This document shows positions 55,086 through 62,848 of a stretch of 64,000 nucleotides of DNA, in pieces. Positions within the stretch are counted from its first letter, which is position 1. Each line of letters starts with the position of its first letter. The stretch comes from Flavobacteriales bacterium (lineage in GTDB: Bacteria; Bacteroidota; Bacteroidia; Flavobacteriales_D; Sanyastnellaceae): the NCBI GenBank assembly GCA_965247015.1, contig CBDFGG010000005.1, forward strand, positions 24,660-88,659, read 5' to 3'. Both the position numbers and the translations under genes were made by a program. Under the pieces are notes generated by a model. It was not told the origin of the DNA, made no database searches, and saw only the letters and a list, made by a program, of their open reading frames with translations.

Positions 55086-55213
55086 TTCAGGAAATACTCG
55101 TCATATTGGTCATCGGCGCTTCTCTATTTTATTTAGGGAAAAAGTTTTATTCTCAGTTCTTTAGCAAGAAGCACAAATGCATGGGATGTGCAGTGTATAA
55201 ATTGCGTTCGTAA
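55082..55213 (+). CDS. FeoB-associated Cys-rich small membrane protein
   Basis: Translates as MIQEILVILVIGASLFYLGKKFY...KHKCMGCAV. The ATG overlaps the feoB stop (ATGA). Confidence 0.6.
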   Translation: MIQEILVILVIGASLFYLGKKFYSQFFSKKHKCMGCAVYKLRS

Positions 55214-55242
55214 TATATCCACACACGCATTACATTCGTAGT

Positions 55243-55884
55243 ATGAATGGGCCGTACATCCTTCGCTACATCGCAGAAGGAGAGCATCAACAACAAGATT
55301 TCAAAATGAGAATTGACGACGCAAAGAAAATTGCACGGACAGTTTCTGCATTCGCCAATACGGATGGCGGAAGGTTGTTAATAGGAGTAAAAGATAATGG
55401 AGCAATCGCCGGCATTCGTCCCGAAGAGGAAATGCACATGATGGAGGCTGCCGCCCAGATGTATTGCAAACCTCCTGTGGGACTTGAGGTTCAAACATGG
55501 AAAGTAGATAATAGAGCAGTGCTTGAAATCAATATTCTTCCATCAAAGCAGCGACCTCATTTGGCACAGATCGAAGATGGTACTTGGAAAGCATTTGTAA
55601 GAAGAGATGATGAAAATTTTCTCGCACCCGCAGTGCTACTCGAAGTTTGGAAAAGCGATGACGTCGATCGACCAAACAAATATTTTCATACAGAAAAAGA
55701 AAAGAAAATTTTTGTGAGCCTTCAAGAATCTGGTGGGCTATCGCAAAATCAATTGGCTAAGAGAACAGGCATCAATCGTATGGTGCTCACAAAACTCCTT
55801 GCACGATTGGTGCGATGGAATTTACTCGATATTTTCTTTGTTCAAAATCAAGCTATGTTCAAATTGAAAGATGAAAACCAATGA
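55243..55884 (+). CDS. AlbA_2 (Schlafen-like divergent AAA) domain protein with a C-terminal HTH
   Basis: GEHQQQDFKMRIDD...VSAFANTDGGRLLIGVKDNGAIAGI, and the HTH LSQNQLAKRTGINRMVLTKLL. Confidence 0.65.
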   Translation: MNGPYILRYIAEGEHQQQDFKMRIDDAKKIARTVSAFANTDGGRLLIGVKDNGAIAGIRPEEEMHMMEAAAQMYCKPPVGLEVQTWKVDNRAVLEINILPSKQRPHLAQIEDGTWKAFVRRDDENFLAPAVLLEVWKSDDVDRPNKYFHTEKEKKIFVSLQESGGLSQNQLAKRTGINRMVLTKLLARLVRWNLLDIFFVQNQAMFKLKDENQ

Positions 55885-56231
55885 ATGAAAAGTTACGTCG
55901 CATCGAAAATCTTCACATTCTTCTTTGGTTAGTCAAAGACTTATGTTGGGTGACAGAGTGGAAAGCTGTAGGAACCGCTATGTTTTTTCCGACTTTTTTC
56001 GTTGCGCTTTGGTTGACCTGGCGATCGCGTACCAACAGAACCGAACTCATTCACAACATTGCTGTCACACTTTGGATTTTGGCCAATGGTAATTGGATGA
56101 TGAGCGAATTTTTCTGGGAAGAAAAAACAAAGATGTTCTCGGCGGTGCTATTTGGCGCGGGTTTGCTGGTGCTTGCTTTTTATTATTTACCTCTTTGGTT
56201 TTCAAAAAAAGGAGAAAGTCTGGAAAACTGA
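55881..56231 (+). CDS. Hypothetical 4-TM membrane protein
   Basis: The ORF overlaps the upstream stop by 4 nt. Hydrophobic segments are present. Confidence 0.55.
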   Translation: MNEKLRRIENLHILLWLVKDLCWVTEWKAVGTAMFFPTFFVALWLTWRSRTNRTELIHNIAVTLWILANGNWMMSEFFWEEKTKMFSAVLFGAGLLVLAFYYLPLWFSKKGESLEN

Positions 56232-56476
56232 TAATTGTCAGTGCGTGATTTGACTTGCCTCATTTATACAAAAAGAATCTCAATACATCTTTGCTTCAGA
56301 TAGAGAGTACATAATCTATCGAGCTGGCTAAACATGCTGGATTTACTGGTTCTCCCGGACCGTTTGTTCAGTTTAGCACGGGTATGGCTTATCGAAGATG
56401 TTTTTTGGAGAGGAGACATCTCACACGATAGCCATACCTTGGCTCGGTAGAATTTGCTCGCCGACCCCTTCCACAC

Positions 56477-56484
56477 TAAATTTG
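56477..56484 (+). promoter_or_regulatory. Consensus -7 box (TAAATTTG), 4 nt upstream of the ATG at 56489
   Basis: TAAATTTG-ttat-ATG. Confidence 0.4.
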
Positions 56485-56488
56485 TTAT

Positions 56489-57721
56489 ATGGGTACTCCA
56501 CTATCACGTGCTGAAAGCAGCTTCGAATCCGTGTTTAATCACGTGAACGAAGGCATATTAATAGCGAATGCAAAGGGCGAGATTATTCTCGCTAATCCGA
56601 AGTGTTTTCAAATGTTCGGATATGATCCTTCGGAATTACAAGGCAAAAAAGTAGAAGCGCTCGTGCCACGCGACATTGCTGAAAAGCACGTAGGCCACCG
56701 CGAAGCTTACATGGCAAAGCCCATGAAACGCCCGATGGGCAAGAACTTCATACTTCACGGCCAACGTAAAGATGGTTCAAAATTTCCGGTGGAAATCAGT
56801 TTGTCCTATTATGAAACCAGCGAAGGTATTTATGCCATCGCATTTATTATCGATATCACCATTCGACACGAACAACAAGAAAAAATTCAAAAGATCAACG
56901 AGGAGTTGAGATTGCTGAATGAAACGCTAGAGAAGAAAGTAAATGAGCGAACGCTTGTTCTGAAAGAAGCTCTTACTGAACTCGAAAACTCCAAAGATGA
57001 ATTGACCAACGCTCTTGAAAAAGAAAAGGAATTGAATGAGATGAAGAGCAGATTCATTTCGATGGCGTCACACGAATTCAGAACCCCGCTTTCTACTATA
57101 CTGTCTTCTGCGAGCATCATTGCAAAGTACATCGAATTGCAGCAAATTGATAAAAGTGAAAAGCACATTACGCGCATCAAAGGCGCTGTGAATGGACTGA
57201 CCGAAATTCTAAATGATTTCCTATCTTTAGGGAAATTAGAAGAAGGAAAGGTTCGTGCTAATCTTCAGCAAATCGAAGTAAAGGCAGTACTTGAAGATGT
57301 AATATCCGAGCTTCAAGCCATTGCAAGACCAGGTCAAAATATCCTGTTAGAATTCGAAGGGTTAAAAGATTTTTATATCGATAAACAGATGTTCCGAAAC
57401 ATCATGATCAATCTTTTGGCGAATGCCATCAAGTTTTCCCCTGAGGACAAGAATATTGAAGTAACTTGTGTGGTGGGAGAAAATGAAATGAAGTTAGATG
57501 TGAAAGATCATGGAATTGGAATTCCAGAGGCAGATCAAGAACATCTGTTTGAGCGCTTTTATCGCGGTCAAAACGTATCAAATATCCAAGGCACTGGTTT
57601 GGGGTTAAATATTGTCTTAAAATACCTAGAAATGCTAAATGGCACTATAGGCTTTACAAGTGCATTGAATGAGGGAACAACTTTCCATTTGGAATTCCCT
57701 GCAAAAAATGAAAATTTATGA
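56489..57721 (+). CDS. Cytoplasmic PAS-domain sensor histidine kinase (FixL-like PAS)
   Basis: The PAS domain contains RKDGSKFPVEISLS. Kinase motifs are the H-box (ASHEFRTPLS), N-box (LLANAIKFS) and G-boxes (DHGIGI, GTGLGLNIV). No TM segment is present. Confidence 0.85.
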   Translation: MGTPLSRAESSFESVFNHVNEGILIANAKGEIILANPKCFQMFGYDPSELQGKKVEALVPRDIAEKHVGHREAYMAKPMKRPMGKNFILHGQRKDGSKFPVEISLSYYETSEGIYAIAFIIDITIRHEQQEKIQKINEELRLLNETLEKKVNERTLVLKEALTELENSKDELTNALEKEKELNEMKSRFISMASHEFRTPLSTILSSASIIAKYIELQQIDKSEKHITRIKGAVNGLTEILNDFLSLGKLEEGKVRANLQQIEVKAVLEDVISELQAIARPGQNILLEFEGLKDFYIDKQMFRNIMINLLANAIKFSPEDKNIEVTCVVGENEMKLDVKDHGIGIPEADQEHLFERFYRGQNVSNIQGTGLGLNIVLKYLEMLNGTIGFTSALNEGTTFHLEFPAKNENL

Positions 57722-58776
57722 GAAAGATTTTGATCATTGAGGATAATGTAGATGTTCGTGAGAACACCGCTGAAATCCTAGAACTTGCAGGATACGAAGT
57801 GATCACTGCAGAAAATGGTAAACTCGGAGTAGATGCAGCAGTTCACCAACAACCGGAACTTATCATTTGTGATATCATGATGCCATTGCTCGACGGATAT
57901 GGCGTACTTCACTTGCTCGGGAAAAATCCACTGACTCAAAATATTCCTTTTATTTTTCTTTCTGCTAAATCAGAGCGCACCGACATTCGAAAAGGAATGG
58001 AAATGGGTGCGGATGATTACATCACCAAACCATTTGATGATATTGAATTATTGAATGCTGTTGAAAGTCGTTTCAGAAAACATGATTTAGCAAATCGGGA
58101 ACTCCCAGCAGGTCAAGCCGGAGTGAATGAGTTGCTGAGTAATATCGAGGGGATTCACGATATCGCGAAGATTGCAGAGAAGCAGCAAGTAAAGATTTTC
58201 CGAAAAAAAGATTTGATATTTTCCGAAGGTGATACGCCTGCAGGATTATATCTCTTGAAGTCAGGCAAAGCGAAATCGTACAAGAGTCATGAGCTCGGAA
58301 AGGATCTCATCACACGTATGCTTCAGCCTGGAGACTTCTTCGGATATATTTCACTTTTGGAGGATACTGATCAACAAGAATCAGCCGAAGCTTTAGAAGA
58401 TTGCGAAGTAGTAATTTTTTCAAAAGAAGATTTTTTCAAACTCATATTTCAGAGTCCAGCCGCTACCAGGCAGTTTGTGAAATTGCTGACGGGTAAAATT
58501 GCTGAAGAACAGGACCGCTTATTATCATTGGCCTATAGCAGCGTGCGCAAGCGCGCAGCAGACGCATTACTTGTGCTTCGCAAACGATATCATGACGGAA
58601 GTGATCAACCTTTCAGCATGGCCATATCACGTGAAGATCTTGCCAACATGGTCGGCACCGCCACAGAATCACTCATCCGAACACTCAGCGATTTCCGCGA
58701 AGAAGAAATCGTCGAAATCCACGGCTCCACCATCACTATCAAAAATCTAGAGAAGCTGCAGAAGATGCGAAACTGA
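57718..58776 (+). CDS. Response regulator fused to a cNMP-binding domain and a Crp-type HTH
   Basis: The REC domain contains IIEDN, ICDIMMPLLDG, FLSAKS and ITKPF. A cNMP-like domain (FSEGDTPAGLYLLKSGKAK) and an HTH (ISREDLANMVGTATESLIRTLSDF) follow. The gene overlaps the kinase stop by 4 nt. Confidence 0.8.
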   Translation: MRKILIIEDNVDVRENTAEILELAGYEVITAENGKLGVDAAVHQQPELIICDIMMPLLDGYGVLHLLGKNPLTQNIPFIFLSAKSERTDIRKGMEMGADDYITKPFDDIELLNAVESRFRKHDLANRELPAGQAGVNELLSNIEGIHDIAKIAEKQQVKIFRKKDLIFSEGDTPAGLYLLKSGKAKSYKSHELGKDLITRMLQPGDFFGYISLLEDTDQQESAEALEDCEVVIFSKEDFFKLIFQSPAATRQFVKLLTGKIAEEQDRLLSLAYSSVRKRAADALLVLRKRYHDGSDQPFSMAISREDLANMVGTATESLIRTLSDFREEEIVEIHGSTITIKNLEKLQKMRN

Positions 58777-58958
58777 AACAAGTGACAAATGACAAATGAC
58801 AAGAGACAATTGACAAGAGACAAATTACAAATTACAAATGACAAATAATCTCGGCTTCGCCGAGAAGGAATGAATTCCGAATTCCGAATTTCGAATTAGC
58901 GAAGCGTGAATTCCGAATTAGCGAAGCGAGAATTGAGAATCGAAAATCTAGAATCGAT
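58777..58958. repeat. Composite heptamer arrays filling a convergent intergenic gap: 9 GACAAAT-type units, then a small hairpin, then GAATTCC/GAATTAG-CGAAGCG/GAGAATC units
   Basis: The nine exact-phase units span 58784-58846. The hairpin ctcggcttcgccgag lies at 58850-58864. The right part ends at the stop of the minus-strand gene. Confidence 0.9.
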
Positions 58959-58960
58959 TT

Positions 58961-59665
58961 TCATTTATGACAACAACTCACCTTACAAGTTTCTGCTTGC
59001 ATTTTGGGGCTGAGGTAGGGGATGCCTAGATTGGCGCCGCGGAGAATGAATAACACCGCTAGAATACTCAGGCCAACTCGAATATAGGCGAGTGATTTTG
59101 GTTTCCATTTCGAACGTAATGTCTCAGACAATTTCGCAACCACAATCAATGCTGGACTTGTCGCTAATCCAAATACGATCATAAACAAAGCACTTTTGGT
59201 TGGACTGCCGCCAGCGATGGAAGCTGCCATTGCCGCATACACCAATCCGCATGGAAGTAGACCGTTGATTACTCCTAATATCAATTGCTTGAAGGGTGTT
59301 TTGTTTTGTAAAAATTTACTGAAGTTTTTTGTGATTTTGGAAAAAAGTGGAGGGGTGAAGCTCCACTTCTTTTGTCCCAATAAAGGGAGCACCAACATCA
59401 AGAGTAAAACGAGACCTGCAACCAAGGAGAGCCATTGCTGGAATCCCATGGCAATAAAGCTTTTTCCAATTAAACCAGTAATTATTCCGAATGCCGCATA
59501 AACCATGATTCGTCCGAAGTGATACACCAATTTATTGATCCACCATTGAACGCTGCGATTGTCACCGCCGGAGTGAACAATCATAACTAATGGTCCGCAC
59601 ATTCCTACGCAATGTAAACTACCTGCGAGGCCGAGTATGAGTGCTGCTGCGAGATATGTTGTCAT
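58961..59665 (-). CDS. TauE/SafE (DsbD_2-like) membrane protein of the cbb3 maturation cluster
   Basis: The HCVGMCGP motif is near the N-terminus. The protein has about 6 TM segments and sits downstream of fixH/ccoG. Confidence 0.7.
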   Translation of the reverse strand: MTTYLAAALILGLAGSLHCVGMCGPLVMIVHSGGDNRSVQWWINKLVYHFGRIMVYAAFGIITGLIGKSFIAMGFQQWLSLVAGLVLLLMLVLPLLGQKKWSFTPPLFSKITKNFSKFLQNKTPFKQLILGVINGLLPCGLVYAAMAASIAGGSPTKSALFMIVFGLATSPALIVVAKLSETLRSKWKPKSLAYIRVGLSILAVLFILRGANLGIPYLSPKMQAETCKVSCCHK

Positions 59666-60093
59666 GGGATGAATACAGTGTCTTCGACTATAATACTTTG
59701 TCCATCTTTATTCCATTGCACACGCAATGCATAATATCCTTTCTTCCAATTGGTGGTAGAAATCGTCTTTGTTTTTTCTGTTGATTCCAACACAAACTCT
59801 CTGTCTTCGTCGCTATTGGATGGGCAGTAAAAACTGATTTTAGCATCTTTCATAGGAGGTAATGCTTCAGAAAAGTTCAACTGAATTGCATCAGCCATAG
59901 TCTTGATTTCAATGAGGTCTTTGTAGCCAAGTCCTCTATTTTGTGCATTCATTTTTTCTTGATGCACGAGCTCTTGCTCATAGTAATCCTTCGTGACAAG
60001 CTCTACACGTTCTCCACTTGCTTTGAATACCAGCGTAAGGATTAACGCTACGAATCCCGCGTACAGTATGACTATTCTGATTCCCCAATTCAT
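59662..60093 (-). CDS. FixH/CcoH-like protein
   Basis: An N-terminal TM segment plus a ~110-aa periplasmic domain. The gene lies between ccoG and the TauE-like gene, with a 4-nt overlap. Confidence 0.65.
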   Translation of the reverse strand: MNWGIRIVILYAGFVALILTLVFKASGERVELVTKDYYEQELVHQEKMNAQNRGLGYKDLIEIKTMADAIQLNFSEALPPMKDAKISFYCPSNSDEDREFVLESTEKTKTISTTNWKKGYYALRVQWNKDGQSIIVEDTVFIP

Positions 60094-60105
60094 TTTCTTT
60101 TAGTA

Positions 60106-61497
60106 TTAGTGGTGAACAGGTCCTAAGAAGGTGGTCTTTGATTTTCCAATCAATTTTCCTTCATCCCAGAATTCCAAATTCAACTTTGTTTTTTGTTCTT
60201 CGATTTTGTTTTTTGGTAAAATGATAAAGAATGTACCCTCCATCATTTCGCCAGGTGCTAGTTTTTTTACATCACCAATCCACTTCACCTCGCTCCCCTC
60301 CGCGATGACGCGCATATCTAAGTCGAGAGAATCTGTTGTTTTATTTATGATGTGCACGTTATAAAGATTGCTCACTCTCTCATTCGACTCAACATTAAAG
60401 AGTGCGCCTTTCGCACGCATCACAGTTACATCGATATCTGAGCGCGTGGCTAACAAAAATGATTCAAGTGTGATTAGCAAGAAAAGAATTCCTGTATAGG
60501 CTATCATGCGTGGTGTCCAACGAAGTCTTTTGCCCGTGTTAATGGTGTATTCAGACGCATATCTTACGAGGCCTTTGGGCTTATTCACGCTTTCCATCAT
60601 ATGATCGCAAGCATCAATGCATGCAGTGCAATTCACACATTCAAGTTGAGTTCCATTGCGAATATCTATTCCGGTAGGGCAGACGCGTACGCACTCAAAA
60701 CAATCGATGCAATCACCCGTATCTGGACTCGGATGTTTCGAATATTTTTCACGGTTTTCTCCACGTTTGTGATCATAAGCAACTACAATGCTGTGCTTAT
60801 CAAGTAATACTCCTTGCATTCTTCCATAAGGACAAACAACGAGGCATGCTTGCTCTCGAAACCACAAGTAAACAAAGAAGAAAATGGTGCTAAAAATGAT
60901 CATTGCAGAGAAGCCACCGATGTGTTGAGTGACAGGCTCTGTAATGATTTTATAAACTTCATCTACTCCAATGATATAGGATAGAAATGTATTTGCAACG
61001 AGTACTGCAATCAAGAAAAAGATCACCACTTTAAGCGTTTTCTTTCTGATTTTTTCAGCACTCCATGGTGCTTTGTTCAGCGCTTTTTGATGTGTAAAAT
61101 CTCCTTCAATCCAGTATTCAATTTTTCTAAAAACCATTTCCATAAAAATGGTCTGAGGGCATACCCATCCGCAGAACACACGGCCATATACCACTGTGAA
61201 TAGTGCAATGAACACGATGAAGATGATCATTCCCAATACGAAGAGAAAGAAATCTTGCGGCCAAAAATGAACACCGAAAAGAATGAATTTTCTTTCAATA
61301 ACATTGAAAAGAAATAGCGGTGCTCCATGCACTTTCACAAAAGGAAGTGCGAAGAGGACAAAGAGAAAACCAAAGCTCAGCCACGTGCGCGCATTGTATA
61401 GTTTGCCTTTTGGTTTTTTAGGATAAAACCAAACGCGTTTACCTTCTTTGTCGATGTGACTGACGGTGTCTCTAAATGAATCCTTCTCTTCGCTCAT
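60106..61497 (-). CDS. ccoG: Cytochrome c oxidase accessory protein CcoG (4Fe-4S ferredoxin, membrane)
   Basis: Motifs VFCGWVCPQT, CIDCFECVRVCP and CVNCTACIDACD. Confidence 0.85.
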   Translation of the reverse strand: MSEEKDSFRDTVSHIDKEGKRVWFYPKKPKGKLYNARTWLSFGFLFVLFALPFVKVHGAPLFLFNVIERKFILFGVHFWPQDFFLFVLGMIIFIVFIALFTVVYGRVFCGWVCPQTIFMEMVFRKIEYWIEGDFTHQKALNKAPWSAEKIRKKTLKVVIFFLIAVLVANTFLSYIIGVDEVYKIITEPVTQHIGGFSAMIIFSTIFFFVYLWFREQACLVVCPYGRMQGVLLDKHSIVVAYDHKRGENREKYSKHPSPDTGDCIDCFECVRVCPTGIDIRNGTQLECVNCTACIDACDHMMESVNKPKGLVRYASEYTINTGKRLRWTPRMIAYTGILFLLITLESFLLATRSDIDVTVMRAKGALFNVESNERVSNLYNVHIINKTTDSLDLDMRVIAEGSEVKWIGDVKKLAPGEMMEGTFFIILPKNKIEEQKTKLNLEFWDEGKLIGKSKTTFLGPVHH

Positions 61498-61513
61498 TGC
61501 CCTGGGTGTATAA

Positions 61514-62668
61514 TTAGTTGGCAGTGCTATCTGCCGGTGCTAAAGCTTCTGCAACTGCTGTGCTGTCTGTAATAGCAGTTGCATTAGGTTGATATAATTC
61601 CCCCTCTGGCGCTTTCGCTCCTGCTGGGTTAGTTCCTTGTAAACTCAAAATGTAACTCGACACTTCAGCGATGGCACTTGGACTCAAATCTGATTTCCAA
61701 GATTTCATACCTGTTCCAGAAACACCAAGCTTTACTGTTTTGAAGAGATCCTTGATATCTCCACCATGCTTCCAGTATTGGTCGGTCAAATTGGGACCGA
61801 CCTTTCCTTCTCCAAATGAGCCGTGACAAGTCACGCAGAAGTTATTGAATGTCGCCTTTCCTTTATCAAGTTCTGAAGCCGATGTGAGCAATACTACATT
61901 TGATTCATCTACGAGATTCGATGCTTTTTTACGATATTCTTCCATCTCAATTTCTGCCTGCGCCAATTGATTCTTATATTCTTGCTCCATCAACGGTCCT
62001 GTCTTGGTGACGTGAAAGTGAATCAAGTATCCAAACGCCCAGATGATCGTCAAATAGAATCCGTATTTCCACCATGGTGGCAATGAATTGTCCAATTCAC
62101 GAATGCCATCGTAATCGTGATCGGTCATGATCGCTGCTTCTTTTTCTATTGCAACTGATTTGTTGAAACGATCGAGGAAAGATGGTTGAACCACTGCTTT
62201 CACCGCGGCAGCAGCAGGGATTTCATTTTTGATTAAGAATAATCGAATCAATCGCACGTAGTACAGGACTACTGCGACTTCCACAATGATCAAGAAGAAC
62301 AATGCATTGAATGCATTGGATCCAAAGCCTTCGTGAAGAAAAGTAGCTTGTGGTTCATCGGCAGCAAAAGAGCTCGTAGGAAATTGCGTCATTGCAAGAA
62401 TCAATATCACAGTAAAGAGCCCGGTGCCTTTGTTTTCTCCACGAGCGTAGTTGCGTGCTACTCCAGAAAATACTCTTTGTAGTTGAAGAATAAACACAAG
62501 CAGTACGAATGCAAGTGCACACAAAGCATAGAAAACGGGGTCTGAATAGGGTGAATATTGGGCCGCTTCTACAACGTTTTCTTCAGGTCCTGGAGTTTGT
62601 GCCGCAGCTGTGAATGTTGCGCCAAGCAGGAATAATGCAGCAATGATATTTTTAATATTGGTTTTCAT
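61514..62668 (-). CDS. ccoP: cbb3-type cytochrome c oxidase subunit P-like protein, monoheme, with a long N-terminal membrane extension
   Basis: The FixP N-terminal motif (DHDYDGIRELDNSLPPWW) and a single CxxCH (CVTCH) with a distal Met (GMKSW). Confidence 0.75.
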   Translation of the reverse strand: MKTNIKNIIAALFLLGATFTAAAQTPGPEENVVEAAQYSPYSDPVFYALCALAFVLLVFILQLQRVFSGVARNYARGENKGTGLFTVILILAMTQFPTSSFAADEPQATFLHEGFGSNAFNALFFLIIVEVAVVLYYVRLIRLFLIKNEIPAAAAVKAVVQPSFLDRFNKSVAIEKEAAIMTDHDYDGIRELDNSLPPWWKYGFYLTIIWAFGYLIHFHVTKTGPLMEQEYKNQLAQAEIEMEEYRKKASNLVDESNVVLLTSASELDKGKATFNNFCVTCHGSFGEGKVGPNLTDQYWKHGGDIKDLFKTVKLGVSGTGMKSWKSDLSPSAIAEVSSYILSLQGTNPAGAKAPEGELYQPNATAITDSTAVAEALAPADSTAN

Positions 62669-62677
62669 AGCGTAGGA

Positions 62678-62845
62678 TTATTTTGGTTCATCAAGAGGAA
62701 GCATGCTTTGTTCTCGAATGTCTTCTTTCTTAGAAAAGAATGCAGAGAGCACAGCGATCACAAATACTCCTCCGAAAAGGATCAATGCAATCATCGGGTA
62801 TACACTCACTCCGCTGATAGATTCGAGATAATTGATGAATTTCAT
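62678..62845 (-). CDS. CcoQ-like small membrane subunit (55 aa); not in the ORF track
   Basis: Translates as MKFINYLESISGVSVYPMIALILFGGVFVIAVLSAFFSKKEDIREQSMLPLDEPK. It lies between ccoNO and ccoP with 3-nt and 9-nt gaps. Confidence 0.6.
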   Translation of the reverse strand: MKFINYLESISGVSVYPMIALILFGGVFVIAVLSAFFSKKEDIREQSMLPLDEPK

Positions 62846-62848
62846 GAC

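Noticed and set aside
56264-56476. 70-aa minus-strand ORF in the gap before the PAS kinase.
   Set aside because: The sequence is highly basic and low-complexity. It has no upstream promoter box and no partner genes on that strand. It is more likely non-coding; see the hairpin finding.
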